Shown piece after piece: positions 38,636 to 47,455 of a stretch of DNA of 64,000 bases. Source of the DNA: an uncultured Candidatus Saccharibacteria bacterium. GTDB taxonomy: Bacteria > Patescibacteriota > Saccharimonadia > Saccharimonadales > CAZNVG01. The DNA is taken from NCBI GenBank assembly GCA_964576475.1, contig CAZNVG010000001.1, forward strand, positions 8,367-72,366, read 5' to 3'. How positions within the stretch are numbered: position 1 is the stretch's first letter; every line of letters starts with the position of its first letter. The translations under genes were made by a program, and so were the position numbers. A model generated the notes under the pieces. That model searched no databases and was not told the DNA's origin. It worked only from the letters and a program-made list of their open reading frames with translations.

Positions 38636-40069
38636 CTATTTATTTTCAGTCGAACTGCCACCAAGAACGTAGTAGAGCGCGCCTAGGGTTGCAATACCTA
38701 TTAGCCACCAATACCACTGACTTGTAGATGTCTTTGCGGTATTTTCCTCTGGTTCATTCTTTGTCTCGTCAGGCGTGGTCTCCTTGACCTTAGCATCCTC
38801 AGTCTTTGTAGTAGATTCCTGAGAAGTAGCCGGAGCACTTTGAGCGTTCGTTTGTTCGCTAATTTGCGCTACAGCAGCGAGAAGCACTGGTGTTGTTCCT
38901 GTTGCGGCAGATTTATCTACGGTTCCAGCACCGCTACCAGGAGTCACGTAATGAAGTACATCATTACGAATCGTCAAACCGAGCAACTCTCCGACACTCT
39001 CTGTGTCTACTGCCAATGAACGAGCCACAACTGTGAAAATGGTGTCTAGCTTTGCAGGATCTAGCTGCACAACACCAGCTGGGACAACCCAAGTGCCATC
39101 ACCTTTATTAGTGGCCGTGTAGGCAACTCCGTTTATGCGAACTTGCACTGTGGCGTCTTCGCTGGCAACTCGTCCTGTCAACTCTGGGGAAGTAATATTC
39201 GTATACACGTCATCAATGTCTACGTTAGTGCTCTGTGGTCTAATAATGCTATCGATGACATGGAGCACGCTATTCAAGTAGACGGCGTTATCGGCGTTTG
39301 TGACAGTGGCGTCGTTTACGACTACAGTTGTAGCATCGGTTGAAGGAGCTACAGTAAGTGGATCATTAGAATTGTTTAACGGCTGCACTTGGACCGGATC
39401 GGTAACTGCTGACGAAGGAACTGCGACTGGCAAAATATGTGTCGCTACAAGAGCGCAGAGTTCATCAGGAGCATCCAACAAAGCCGCTAGCTCTTCAGCC
39501 GGCAAAGCGCTAAATGCGCCGTTATTTGGACCAAATACTGTAATCGGGTTAGTAGTAGCCAAAACTTCTGCAACTGCACATGATGCAGGATCTAGCCCAG
39601 ACAGAGTTTCAACGACTGCGTGGAAGATTTCAGCGTCTGGCACACTATACACATAAGGACCAAAGCTAAAGTCTGTTACCGTATCGAGATCATCTACTAC
39701 ACGCACCGCAATTACTATGTTACGAGACGTAAGATCTATAGGTATTAAATTCTTATTTAGTTGCAGAATCCAGGTTCCTGATTCGTTCACTGTGACAGGA
39801 ATTGGACCAGAAATCGGCGCACTTGTGTCTGCTCTCTCAAAAGTAACAGCAACACTCTTAACACCATCCGCGTCGGATGCAGTTCCTCCTATAAACGACG
39901 TATTATAGAAAGTTACTCCGCTACTGAGACTTACGGTTGCACTTGATGGAGCAAGTGCTTGCGCATGAGCTGCTGGAATAGCGCCCAAACTAATACCTAG
40001 TGTGAATACAAATGCAATTGCACTCGCAAACAATTTTCTACTATTTAATGTGTGGCTGAACCTGGACAT
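38636..40069 (-). CDS. Fasciclin (FAS1) plus Ig-like domain surface protein
   Basis: Signal peptide; TVFGPNNGAFSAL...THIL...VLHVIDSII; GDGTW Ig-like motif; C-terminal WYWWL TM. Confidence 0.8.
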   Translation of the reverse strand: MSRFSHTLNSRKLFASAIAFVFTLGISLGAIPAAHAQALAPSSATVSLSSGVTFYNTSFIGGTASDADGVKSVAVTFERADTSAPISGPIPVTVNESGTWILQLNKNLIPIDLTSRNIVIAVRVVDDLDTVTDFSFGPYVYSVPDAEIFHAVVETLSGLDPASCAVAEVLATTNPITVFGPNNGAFSALPAEELAALLDAPDELCALVATHILPVAVPSSAVTDPVQVQPLNNSNDPLTVAPSTDATTVVVNDATVTNADNAVYLNSVLHVIDSIIRPQSTNVDIDDVYTNITSPELTGRVASEDATVQVRINGVAYTATNKGDGTWVVPAGVVQLDPAKLDTIFTVVARSLAVDTESVGELLGLTIRNDVLHYVTPGSGAGTVDKSAATGTTPVLLAAVAQISEQTNAQSAPATSQESTTKTEDAKVKETTPDETKNEPEENTAKTSTSQWYWWLIGIATLGALYYVLGGSSTENK

Positions 40070-40173
40070 ATACCCTCCGTTAGTTAAACCCCACCCGGCT
40101 TAATCGAATAGTATAAGCATAAAATCCATCTGCGCTTTTTACAAGTTGGTTTTACTGCTGTCTGTGGATAAGT

Positions 40174-40665
40174 TCACAGTGTCCACTGAAAAAGCGCAAT
40201 TGCTGTAGCAGACGCGACGTTCAGCGACTCTTTTGCGCCATGCATTACTATTTCAACGACACTGTCGCATGCATCTAGAACATCTACATCAATGCCGAGC
40301 GGCTCGTTACCCAGCACTAGCGCAGTTTTGGTAGCAGGCTTCCATCGCCGTATGTCTAGCGATCGTGCATTTTGTTCCAAACCTACAAGTGTGTAGCCTT
40401 CTACTTTGAGCTCTTTGAAGAGCTGCCTAATATCTTGATGATGTTTTACTGTTAGGCTTTGCTCAGCACCTAATGCAGTTTTGGCGATCTTATTGGAGAG
40501 CGCTATTACCTCATGAGGAAGCCGGGTGTCGTTGTGAATCTTCGGGTATGGCGTATATCCCGTACAGTAGACGTCAAAATCCCCAAAACAAGCGGCGTTT
40601 CTTAGAATGGCGCCGACATTGTGAGCTGATCGTATATCGTTCAGAATAAGAACTTTGTCGTTCAT
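40174..40665 (-). CDS. TrmH/SpoU family RNA methyltransferase
   Basis: IRSAHNVGAILR, VLGNE, ESLNVA. Confidence 0.9.
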   Translation of the reverse strand: MNDKVLILNDIRSAHNVGAILRNAACFGDFDVYCTGYTPYPKIHNDTRLPHEVIALSNKIAKTALGAEQSLTVKHHQDIRQLFKELKVEGYTLVGLEQNARSLDIRRWKPATKTALVLGNEPLGIDVDVLDACDSVVEIVMHGAKESLNVASATAIALFQWTL

Positions 40666-40712
40666 GTTTCTACTCTACGACGTATGTAGCTGTTCATGCT
40701 ATCATAAGCACA

Positions 40713-42329
40713 ATGAATCCTGACGACAACCAGGCTAAATTTAGAGCAACCGAAGAGGAGACAACTCTTCGTCGTGCTCGATTATTAGGTCTAGAATATG
40801 TCGACACTCGTCAGCTCGAGCAAAAGAATATTTTTCCAGATGTGTTGAGCATAGAGGAAATGCGACAGAGAAAGGTAATACCTCTCGAATACAGAGAGGG
40901 ATTTGTCAGGTTCGGTATCACAGTCACGACACCGCAACCAACACTTAAAGAACTACATGACCAAATGCCAGATTTTCAGATTTCTTTCGCAATGATTTCT
41001 GAATCAGGGTTTCGCGAGTACATGGAAATATACGACCCGCCTAAGAAGGTCGAATACCAAGATATTTCAGTAGGCGGCGATAATCGTGATCTAGTCACAA
41101 AAGTATCTGAAACGATCGCTTCGGTTAAGGCTGATGATATCTTTGCATATCTTGTACAGCAGGCTCATAGACTGAATGCGTCTGACATCCATTTAGAGTC
41201 ACAGAAAGATCATGTGCGCGTTAGAATTCGCATTGACGGTGTACTACATACAATCGCACGTCTAAGCCCAGATAAATACCGGACGCTTATTGGCACTATC
41301 GCGATCGCTGGCAACATATCTACAAGTTCTCCGGAAGCACAACAAGGTCACATAGCTCAGACGGTAGTTATGGCCGATTCATCAAAAGTGCAGATAAATA
41401 TGCGACTCGAAACCGTTCCAACTGTGTTTGGCATGGACATAGTCATGCGTTTATTCAATATGTCGAGCGACATGTACATGCTCGACAAACTTGGTCTAAC
41501 TGATTCAGAAAGAAGCGTAGTCGACGATATCATAAATAAACCAACAGGATTAGTGCTCGTCGTCGGACCGACTGGATCAGGTAAAACAACGACTCTCTAT
41601 TCCATGCTGAACTCACTTAATACTGATGAGAGAAAAATCATAACTCTAGAAGACCCGGTCGAATACCAGTTTGCTGGTATCTCACAAGTTTCACTGGCAA
41701 CTAGAAAAACCACCGAATTAGCGTTTGCAGATCATTTGCGGGCAGTTCTTCGACTCGACCCTGACATTGTGATGATCGGAGAAATTCGAGACTTAGATAC
41801 GGCCAAGACAGCCATGCAGGCTTCACTTACGGGCCACCTCGTGCTTGCGACATTCCACGCCGGCTCAGCTGCGGCGGCCCTCACGAGACTGATGGACGTG
41901 ATAGGTGAAAACCCTTTGTATCTTTCTGCCATCCGGCTCGTTATGGCACAGCGGCTAATCCGAAAGCTCGACGATACTACCAAGCAGTCATACCAACCAG
42001 ACGACGCTACCAAACAAAAAATTCACGATATCCTCGCTACTATGCCAGAGGGTTACCAGTGGCCAGACATGGACAACCTTACGCTATTTAAACCTGGTAG
42101 CTCAGAAGAAAATCCCTATGGCTTTAGCGGTCAAATAGCACTTCGAGAACAGCTACAGGTGACTGATGCGTTGCGAAATTTGCTACAGCAGCCTGCAAGC
42201 CATCTATCTACACAAGCAATTGAAGAAACAGCAAGCAAAGCAGGCATGAAAACCATGCTGCAAAATGGTATTGAGCGGGTGGTCGCGGGCGAGACGTCTT
42301 TTGAAGAAGTATTCCGCGTACTTGGCTAA
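40713..42329 (+). CDS. GspE/PilB type IV pilus assembly ATPase
   Basis: ASDIHLE, RIDGVL, GPTGSGKTTTLY, EDPVEY, LRLDPDIVMIGEIRD. Confidence 0.92.
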   Translation: MNPDDNQAKFRATEEETTLRRARLLGLEYVDTRQLEQKNIFPDVLSIEEMRQRKVIPLEYREGFVRFGITVTTPQPTLKELHDQMPDFQISFAMISESGFREYMEIYDPPKKVEYQDISVGGDNRDLVTKVSETIASVKADDIFAYLVQQAHRLNASDIHLESQKDHVRVRIRIDGVLHTIARLSPDKYRTLIGTIAIAGNISTSSPEAQQGHIAQTVVMADSSKVQINMRLETVPTVFGMDIVMRLFNMSSDMYMLDKLGLTDSERSVVDDIINKPTGLVLVVGPTGSGKTTTLYSMLNSLNTDERKIITLEDPVEYQFAGISQVSLATRKTTELAFADHLRAVLRLDPDIVMIGEIRDLDTAKTAMQASLTGHLVLATFHAGSAAAALTRLMDVIGENPLYLSAIRLVMAQRLIRKLDDTTKQSYQPDDATKQKIHDILATMPEGYQWPDMDNLTLFKPGSSEENPYGFSGQIALREQLQVTDALRNLLQQPASHLSTQAIEETASKAGMKTMLQNGIERVVAGETSFEEVFRVLG

Positions 42330-42334
42330 ATTGC

Positions 42335-42631
42335 TTGCAGACTGCAACCATAGGCGTATACTCCATCTACAATCAATATCAATATGGAGTTGATGTGATA
42401 GAGAGAGCTTGTCCAGACACTGACAGCAAAGAAATGTGCCATGAAGCAAGATTTACGGCGCGATTCTATGAATTTGCGTTCACCGCCCCTAGAGTGCTCG
42501 CAAACACCTGTGTAGATTGTGGCAAGATTGCATTGTCCAGTGTTAATAACGTTTTAGATTTTGAAAAGCTTCTAGACCAAGGAGCTACTATCGTAAAGCC
42601 TGAAGATTCAATGACAGAGACTAGTGAATAA
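42335..42631 (+). CDS. Hypothetical Cys-containing small protein
   Basis: ACPD...MCHE...TCVDCG; start uncertain. Confidence 0.35.
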   Translation: MQTATIGVYSIYNQYQYGVDVIERACPDTDSKEMCHEARFTARFYEFAFTAPRVLANTCVDCGKIALSSVNNVLDFEKLLDQGATIVKPEDSMTETSE

Positions 42632-43760
42632 CACGCGCTACAGTCCCAACGAGTCGGTCGTCGAGAATTGAAGGAATGATTTCCTGCTGAGACGGAGCTA
42701 CAACTAACGAAGCGATAGCTTCTGCCGCAGCTAACTTATGTTCCTCAGTAATTGCACTGACACCGTTATCCAGAGCTCCTCTAAAAATACCGGGAAATGC
42801 CAAGGCGTTATTTATCTGATTAGGGAAGTCACTGCGACCTGTTGCAACGATAAATGCACCGGCAGCATGGGCGTCGTCGGGTGTAATTTCAGGGTTCGGG
42901 TTTGCGAGAGCAAATATAATCGGTTTGTCAGCCATACTTTTTACGTGTGACTCCTGCAGCAAACCTGCCTTACTCACACCTATAAATATGTCGGCGTCTT
43001 TGATTGCCTCTTCTAAGTTTCCAGCACCGGGATCAAAGTCGACTGTGTGTAGTAGGGCTTTTTTCTCTTCGTTCAGATCATTCCGTGATGACGTAATGAT
43101 TCCTTTACTATCAACAAGCGTTATCTTAACTCCATGAGCATAGCTTTTAATGAGCTTCACTACCGCTGTACCCGCAGCGCCAGCACCGACAACTGTTATT
43201 CGGCAGCTATCAAGTGCTTTACCCGCAAGTTTTGTCGCGTTTATGAGACCTGCTAGTACAACTATTGCCGTGCCGTGTTGGTCGTCATGCATAATTGGAA
43301 TGCGTAGTTTGTTTTTAAGCGTATCTTCGATAGCAAAACACTTCGGTGCAGAAATATCCTCCAAGTTAATGGCACCAAAGCTGGGCGCGATTGCAGTAAT
43401 GGCGGCTATAATTTCGTCCGGTTCATGTACATCAAGCACAATTGGCACTGCATCAATATCTGCAAAGTGCTTAAACAACATAGCTTTGCCCTCCATGACG
43501 GGCATCGCACCATATGGCCCTATATCGCCAAGCCCTAGTACTGCTGAACCGTCTGAAATAATTGCTACTAAATTATTTGTCCACGAATAATCTCTAAGCT
43601 CGTCAGGATGGGCTGCCACGTATGAAGAAACGGCTCCAACTCCAGGACTATAATAAGCACTAAGTTTATCCTTTGAATCAGGAACATCTCGAAGACTGGT
43701 TTGAATTTTACCCTTGTATTTCTTATGTAGTTCGAGCGCTAATTGTGCGTAATCCATCAT
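42621..43760 (-). CDS. NAD(P)-dependent malic enzyme
   Basis: YSPGV, VMEGKA.LFK, NLEDISAP, HDDQHGTA, GAGAAG, TGRSDFPNQINN. Confidence 0.95.
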   Translation of the reverse strand: MMDYAQLALELHKKYKGKIQTSLRDVPDSKDKLSAYYSPGVGAVSSYVAAHPDELRDYSWTNNLVAIISDGSAVLGLGDIGPYGAMPVMEGKAMLFKHFADIDAVPIVLDVHEPDEIIAAITAIAPSFGAINLEDISAPKCFAIEDTLKNKLRIPIMHDDQHGTAIVVLAGLINATKLAGKALDSCRITVVGAGAAGTAVVKLIKSYAHGVKITLVDSKGIITSSRNDLNEEKKALLHTVDFDPGAGNLEEAIKDADIFIGVSKAGLLQESHVKSMADKPIIFALANPNPEITPDDAHAAGAFIVATGRSDFPNQINNALAFPGIFRGALDNGVSAITEEHKLAAAEAIASLVVAPSQQEIIPSILDDRLVGTVARVIH

Positions 43761-43807
43761 GACCCCAATGCTTTAGTGTACTGGTCTACAGTATATCCCA
43801 TTCGTTA

Positions 43808-44254
43808 TTACGAAACTTGCGTGATCATTAATTTATGGAGCACAAGTATAAATAAGGCACAGTACAGTAGTTCGTATATCCAACCATAAGGCCTCTCGCC
43901 CCATTGTAGCCAGCTGTGAAACCTATAAAATGCATTCTTTGGCAGTTTTCGCTTTCCGAAAATTAACCAGGTAAAGTCAGGTAGTGCCGCAAAGAACATG
44001 CCAACTACAGCAGCTTGCCACAGAGTTGGCCAGGTCAATAGTATAATAGCCAAGGCCGTAAAGCACGCAGTCGCGTCAATAAACAATATGGTTGTAAAGG
44101 TTCTGTCCCAATGTTTCATATTCTTGACACGTCCAAAGTGCGGCAGAGAGTCGCATACAAAATGTGACGCAAATGCAATTGGCGCAACAAGATATGGCTG
44201 CTTGACTGTCAGTCCGACAATTGCACCAACAAGCGTATGATTAATTCCTGTCAT
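43808..44254 (-). CDS. Membrane protein, putative metal-dependent hydrolase
   Basis: NHTLVG...ASHFVCDSLPH...LPD...FHSWLQ. Confidence 0.65.
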   Translation of the reverse strand: MTGINHTLVGAIVGLTVKQPYLVAPIAFASHFVCDSLPHFGRVKNMKHWDRTFTTILFIDATACFTALAIILLTWPTLWQAAVVGMFFAALPDFTWLIFGKRKLPKNAFYRFHSWLQWGERPYGWIYELLYCALFILVLHKLMITQVS

Positions 44255-44336
44255 TACGCTTAACTATACAGTATGCTCATTTTACCCTTATAAGGGTTGC
44301 TATAGGGGCGAAAAGCTGCTAGACTACACCCTCGTT

Positions 44337-44777
44337 ATGTCAACAACAGCAGCAATTCAAGCAAAGTATCTCAAACCCAAAGTAGTCGACGTGCAAAGCG
44401 GCGACACAGTTAAAGTGCACCAGCGAATTCGCGAGGGCAATAAGACTCGTGTCCAGGTATTCGAAGGCATGGTCATACGGACAAAGCGAACCGGTTCACT
44501 GACGAGCAGCATTACTGTTCGGAGAATCGCAAGCGGCGTTGGGGTAGAGAAGAGTTATCTTTTGCACAGTCCGCTTATCGAAAAAGTGGAAGTTGTTAAA
44601 CGTAGCAAAGTACGCCGCAATTTCTTAAGCTACATGCGAAACCGTAGTGGTAAGTCAGCTCGACTAAGCGGTGTTGATTTTGATCGTGAGAAAGTAAACG
44701 ATACGTCAGTTGCTGAGGAGCAAACAAAAAAGACTACTGATTCATCAGAAGTCACAGACGAAAAAACTGAAGAATAA
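44337..44777 (+). CDS. rplS: 50S ribosomal protein L19
   Basis: GDTVKVH.RIREG.K.RVQVFEG...TVRRIASGVGVE...KVRR..L.Y.R. Confidence 0.97.
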   Translation: MSTTAAIQAKYLKPKVVDVQSGDTVKVHQRIREGNKTRVQVFEGMVIRTKRTGSLTSSITVRRIASGVGVEKSYLLHSPLIEKVEVVKRSKVRRNFLSYMRNRSGKSARLSGVDFDREKVNDTSVAEEQTKKTTDSSEVTDEKTEE

Positions 44778-44819
44778 AAAACTTCTTCATAGTCATAGTG
44801 CTCATGCTAAGATAACTGC

Positions 44820-45587
44820 ATGAGCACTATTTCTTTACCAACACTTAACAAACTAAATATCTACGCTTCTCTGGCACATCTTTTGCAAGCGCTGGCAGTC
44901 TTCATGCTAGCTCGCGACTTCACGCTTCCTATAAATATATCCTTACTAAGATTCAATCAATCTACCCAAGGTCTCGATCCAGGCGTGCAGGAAATATACA
45001 GATTACCCTTAGCCTCACTTATTATTGGGTTCTTTTTGTTATCAGCTTTTTTTCACGCTATTATCTCTACTTTGTATCGTCGACGCTACGAACAAGATCT
45101 CTCCCAGGGTATTAATCGCCTTCGATGGATTGAGTACGCACTTAGCGCCAGTACTATGATGGTAGCCATAGCAATGCTCGTAGGTGTCTATGACCTAGCT
45201 AGTCTACTTATGATTTTCGCACTGACAGCTGGCATGAACTTGATGGGGCTTGTTATGGAGGTGACAAATAAGAAATCCAAGAATCCTAGCTGGCTAAGTT
45301 ACCTCATAGGCTGCGGCGCAGGAATAGTACCGTGGATTGTCATTGCCTTATACTTCTGGGCTAGTAGCCACTACGCAAATAGCGCACCACCAACTTTCGT
45401 ATATTACATTTATGGCTCAATCTTCATATTCTTCAACGGATTTGCAATCAATATGTGGCTACAATATAAGCGACTAGGGAAGTGGAGTAACTACTTGTAC
45501 GGCGAACGAACCTATATCATATTAAGCCTCGTCGCTAAGTCCGCTTTAGCCTGGCAAGTATTTGCTGGCACTCTTCGACCAAACTAG
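44820..45587 (+). CDS. Heliorhodopsin
   Basis: 7-TM; HLLQ, SAFFH, NRLRWIEYALSAS, YLYGERTYIILSLVAK (retinal-binding Lys). Confidence 0.93.
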   Translation: MSTISLPTLNKLNIYASLAHLLQALAVFMLARDFTLPINISLLRFNQSTQGLDPGVQEIYRLPLASLIIGFFLLSAFFHAIISTLYRRRYEQDLSQGINRLRWIEYALSASTMMVAIAMLVGVYDLASLLMIFALTAGMNLMGLVMEVTNKKSKNPSWLSYLIGCGAGIVPWIVIALYFWASSHYANSAPPTFVYYIYGSIFIFFNGFAINMWLQYKRLGKWSNYLYGERTYIILSLVAKSALAWQVFAGTLRPN

Positions 45588-46151
45588 ATGATAGGCATAG
45601 ATGAAGTTGGTCGTGGAACTTGGGCGGGTCCGCTTCTTGTAGCCGCAGTGCGACTTCACGGTGATATAGCTGGCTTGACTGATAGTAAGTTACTGTCAGC
45701 TAAGAAACGTGCGATTTTAGCCCTTCAGATACAAAAGACTGCCGATATAGGTCTCGGCTGGGTATCGGCAGAAACCATAGACTCATTAGGTCTAACACGG
45801 TGTCTGGAGATAGGTGCCTTGCGTGCTGTTTCTGAACTGAGGGCTAATTCTTCTGAACCTATCATCATAGACGGCACACAGAATTTCTTGCCAGAAACGT
45901 ACGCAGTTGAGACTCACGTTAAAGCCGAGCTCAACTTTCCGTCTGTAGCGGCCGCCTCAATTATCGCTAAAGAGCTCAGGGACTCCTATATGCGCGCAAT
46001 TGCCACAAAACATCCTGAGTATGCATTCGAATCACACGTCGGCTATGGTACAGCAGTACACGCGCAGGCGCTGCAACAATTCGGAGTCATTGAATCGTTA
46101 CACCGACTGAGCTTTAAGCCAATTAAGGCACTACTCCTCAACGCGAGGTAA
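45588..46151 (+). CDS. rnhB: Ribonuclease HII
   Basis: GIDEVGRG..AGP, DSK, IIDG, AAASIIAK..RD, GYGT..H. Confidence 0.95.
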   Translation: MIGIDEVGRGTWAGPLLVAAVRLHGDIAGLTDSKLLSAKKRAILALQIQKTADIGLGWVSAETIDSLGLTRCLEIGALRAVSELRANSSEPIIIDGTQNFLPETYAVETHVKAELNFPSVAAASIIAKELRDSYMRAIATKHPEYAFESHVGYGTAVHAQALQQFGVIESLHRLSFKPIKALLLNAR

Positions 46152-47075
46152 CTCGGTCATTTTCCGGTAGTCACCTAACTCCAGTGTCTTCTCGTACGGG
46201 TGAGAAGGTAATTCTTGCTCTCGCTTTTTTCGCGCCTTATCAAACGCCTCATTTGCGTCAAATGCTGCAGCGAGCACGCCAAGATGATACATAATGTTGT
46301 ACTCATCAAAGTCATTCGCTTCAAATCGATAGTCTTTACTCATACGCATCGCTCCAACTGATAGTGGATGCAGTCTGCTCTTGGGCTTGAGAGGTTTTTT
46401 AACTTCTTGTTTAAAGTCAGCTGGATTTACTGAATACTCTTTTTCAGTCCAAGAACCTAGGTTCTCCATAGATCGAATATGTCTTTTAAGTGACAGTGAT
46501 ACCATTTGACCAGCTCTTACTTCGTCTTTCATGAGTGCATATTTAAAGTCCGCACCGTGAACCGCTCGTGCATTATCGTGAAGACGTGAGAAATCCGATG
46601 ATTCCTGTGGCAAGGCTAGCGACCGCATAGCTGCATCCCGTGCAGCAGTAAAGTAGCGTGCTGAAACAACGTATTTTGAAAAGTTTAGTATCCAGCCGTC
46701 ATCATCTCTCTTAAGTGAGCGTCTAGCGACAAGTATCTCTAGTAATTCAGGTTCCTTGGGCATTAACCGCTCCCCAATGACAAAACCTGCGTAATTTTCA
46801 GGAATATCTACAACATAACTGCGCGCAACGCCAACATACTCTGGGCTATCGGTTAACGCTAGTGCTCCGCTTTTGCCGGTCTCGACTTTAGTCGCAATTG
46901 CACCGATTACCGATCCGACAAAACGAAAGTTAGTCTGCCATGCCTCAATTGCATATTCGGTTGTTTCTATTGCCAGTCCAGCAACACCCTTTAATTGAGC
47001 TTCACGTAGTTCACGCATGCTCTCGCGTATATTTCGGAGGGCTAATTCCGTTTGATCAACGGGCTCATTTTCCAT
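46131..47075 (-). CDS. Hypothetical protein
   Basis: 314-aa ORF; no motif recognised. Confidence 0.6.
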   Translation of the reverse strand: MENEPVDQTELALRNIRESMRELREAQLKGVAGLAIETTEYAIEAWQTNFRFVGSVIGAIATKVETGKSGALALTDSPEYVGVARSYVVDIPENYAGFVIGERLMPKEPELLEILVARRSLKRDDDGWILNFSKYVVSARYFTAARDAAMRSLALPQESSDFSRLHDNARAVHGADFKYALMKDEVRAGQMVSLSLKRHIRSMENLGSWTEKEYSVNPADFKQEVKKPLKPKSRLHPLSVGAMRMSKDYRFEANDFDEYNIMYHLGVLAAAFDANEAFDKARKKREQELPSHPYEKTLELGDYRKMTELPRVEE

Positions 47076-47116
47076 AAGAGTGAACTATACAACTTTATGC
47101 TACATTAGTAAATAAT

Positions 47117-47455
47117 ATGTCTACGTATATAGGTCGAACTGCAGAGAATATGGCTCTTCAAGAGCTTGAACTGCTTGGCTTCAATCTAGTAGCCCAAAAC
47201 TGGCGAACAAGACTATGCGAAGTAGATATAATCGTCTCTAAAGGTGACACTATCTATTTCGTCGAAGTAAAGTATCGTCGGTCTTCAGTATCGGGCGATG
47301 GCATAGACTATATTACTTCTAAGAAGTTACAGCAGATGCGCTTTGCGGCTGAACTATGGTGCGCACAGAACAGGTGGCTGGGCGACTATGAACTGGCAGC
47401 AATCGCCGTATCAGGGAGTGACTATACTGTTGGCGACTTAGTGCTCTGTGGCTGA
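47117..47455 (+). CDS. yraN: YraN family PD-(D/E)xK protein
   Basis: G..AE...QNWR....EVDII......FVEVKYR. Confidence 0.9.
   Translation: MSTYIGRTAENMALQELELLGFNLVAQNWRTRLCEVDIIVSKGDTIYFVEVKYRRSSVSGDGIDYITSKKLQQMRFAAELWCAQNRWLGDYELAAIAVSGSDYTVGDLVLCG

Noticed and set aside
40163-40171. Replication origin (DnaA box TGTGGATAA; another TTATCCACA at 63933-63941)
   Set aside because: Isolated single boxes with no cluster or dnaA nearby; the second lies inside rsmD.
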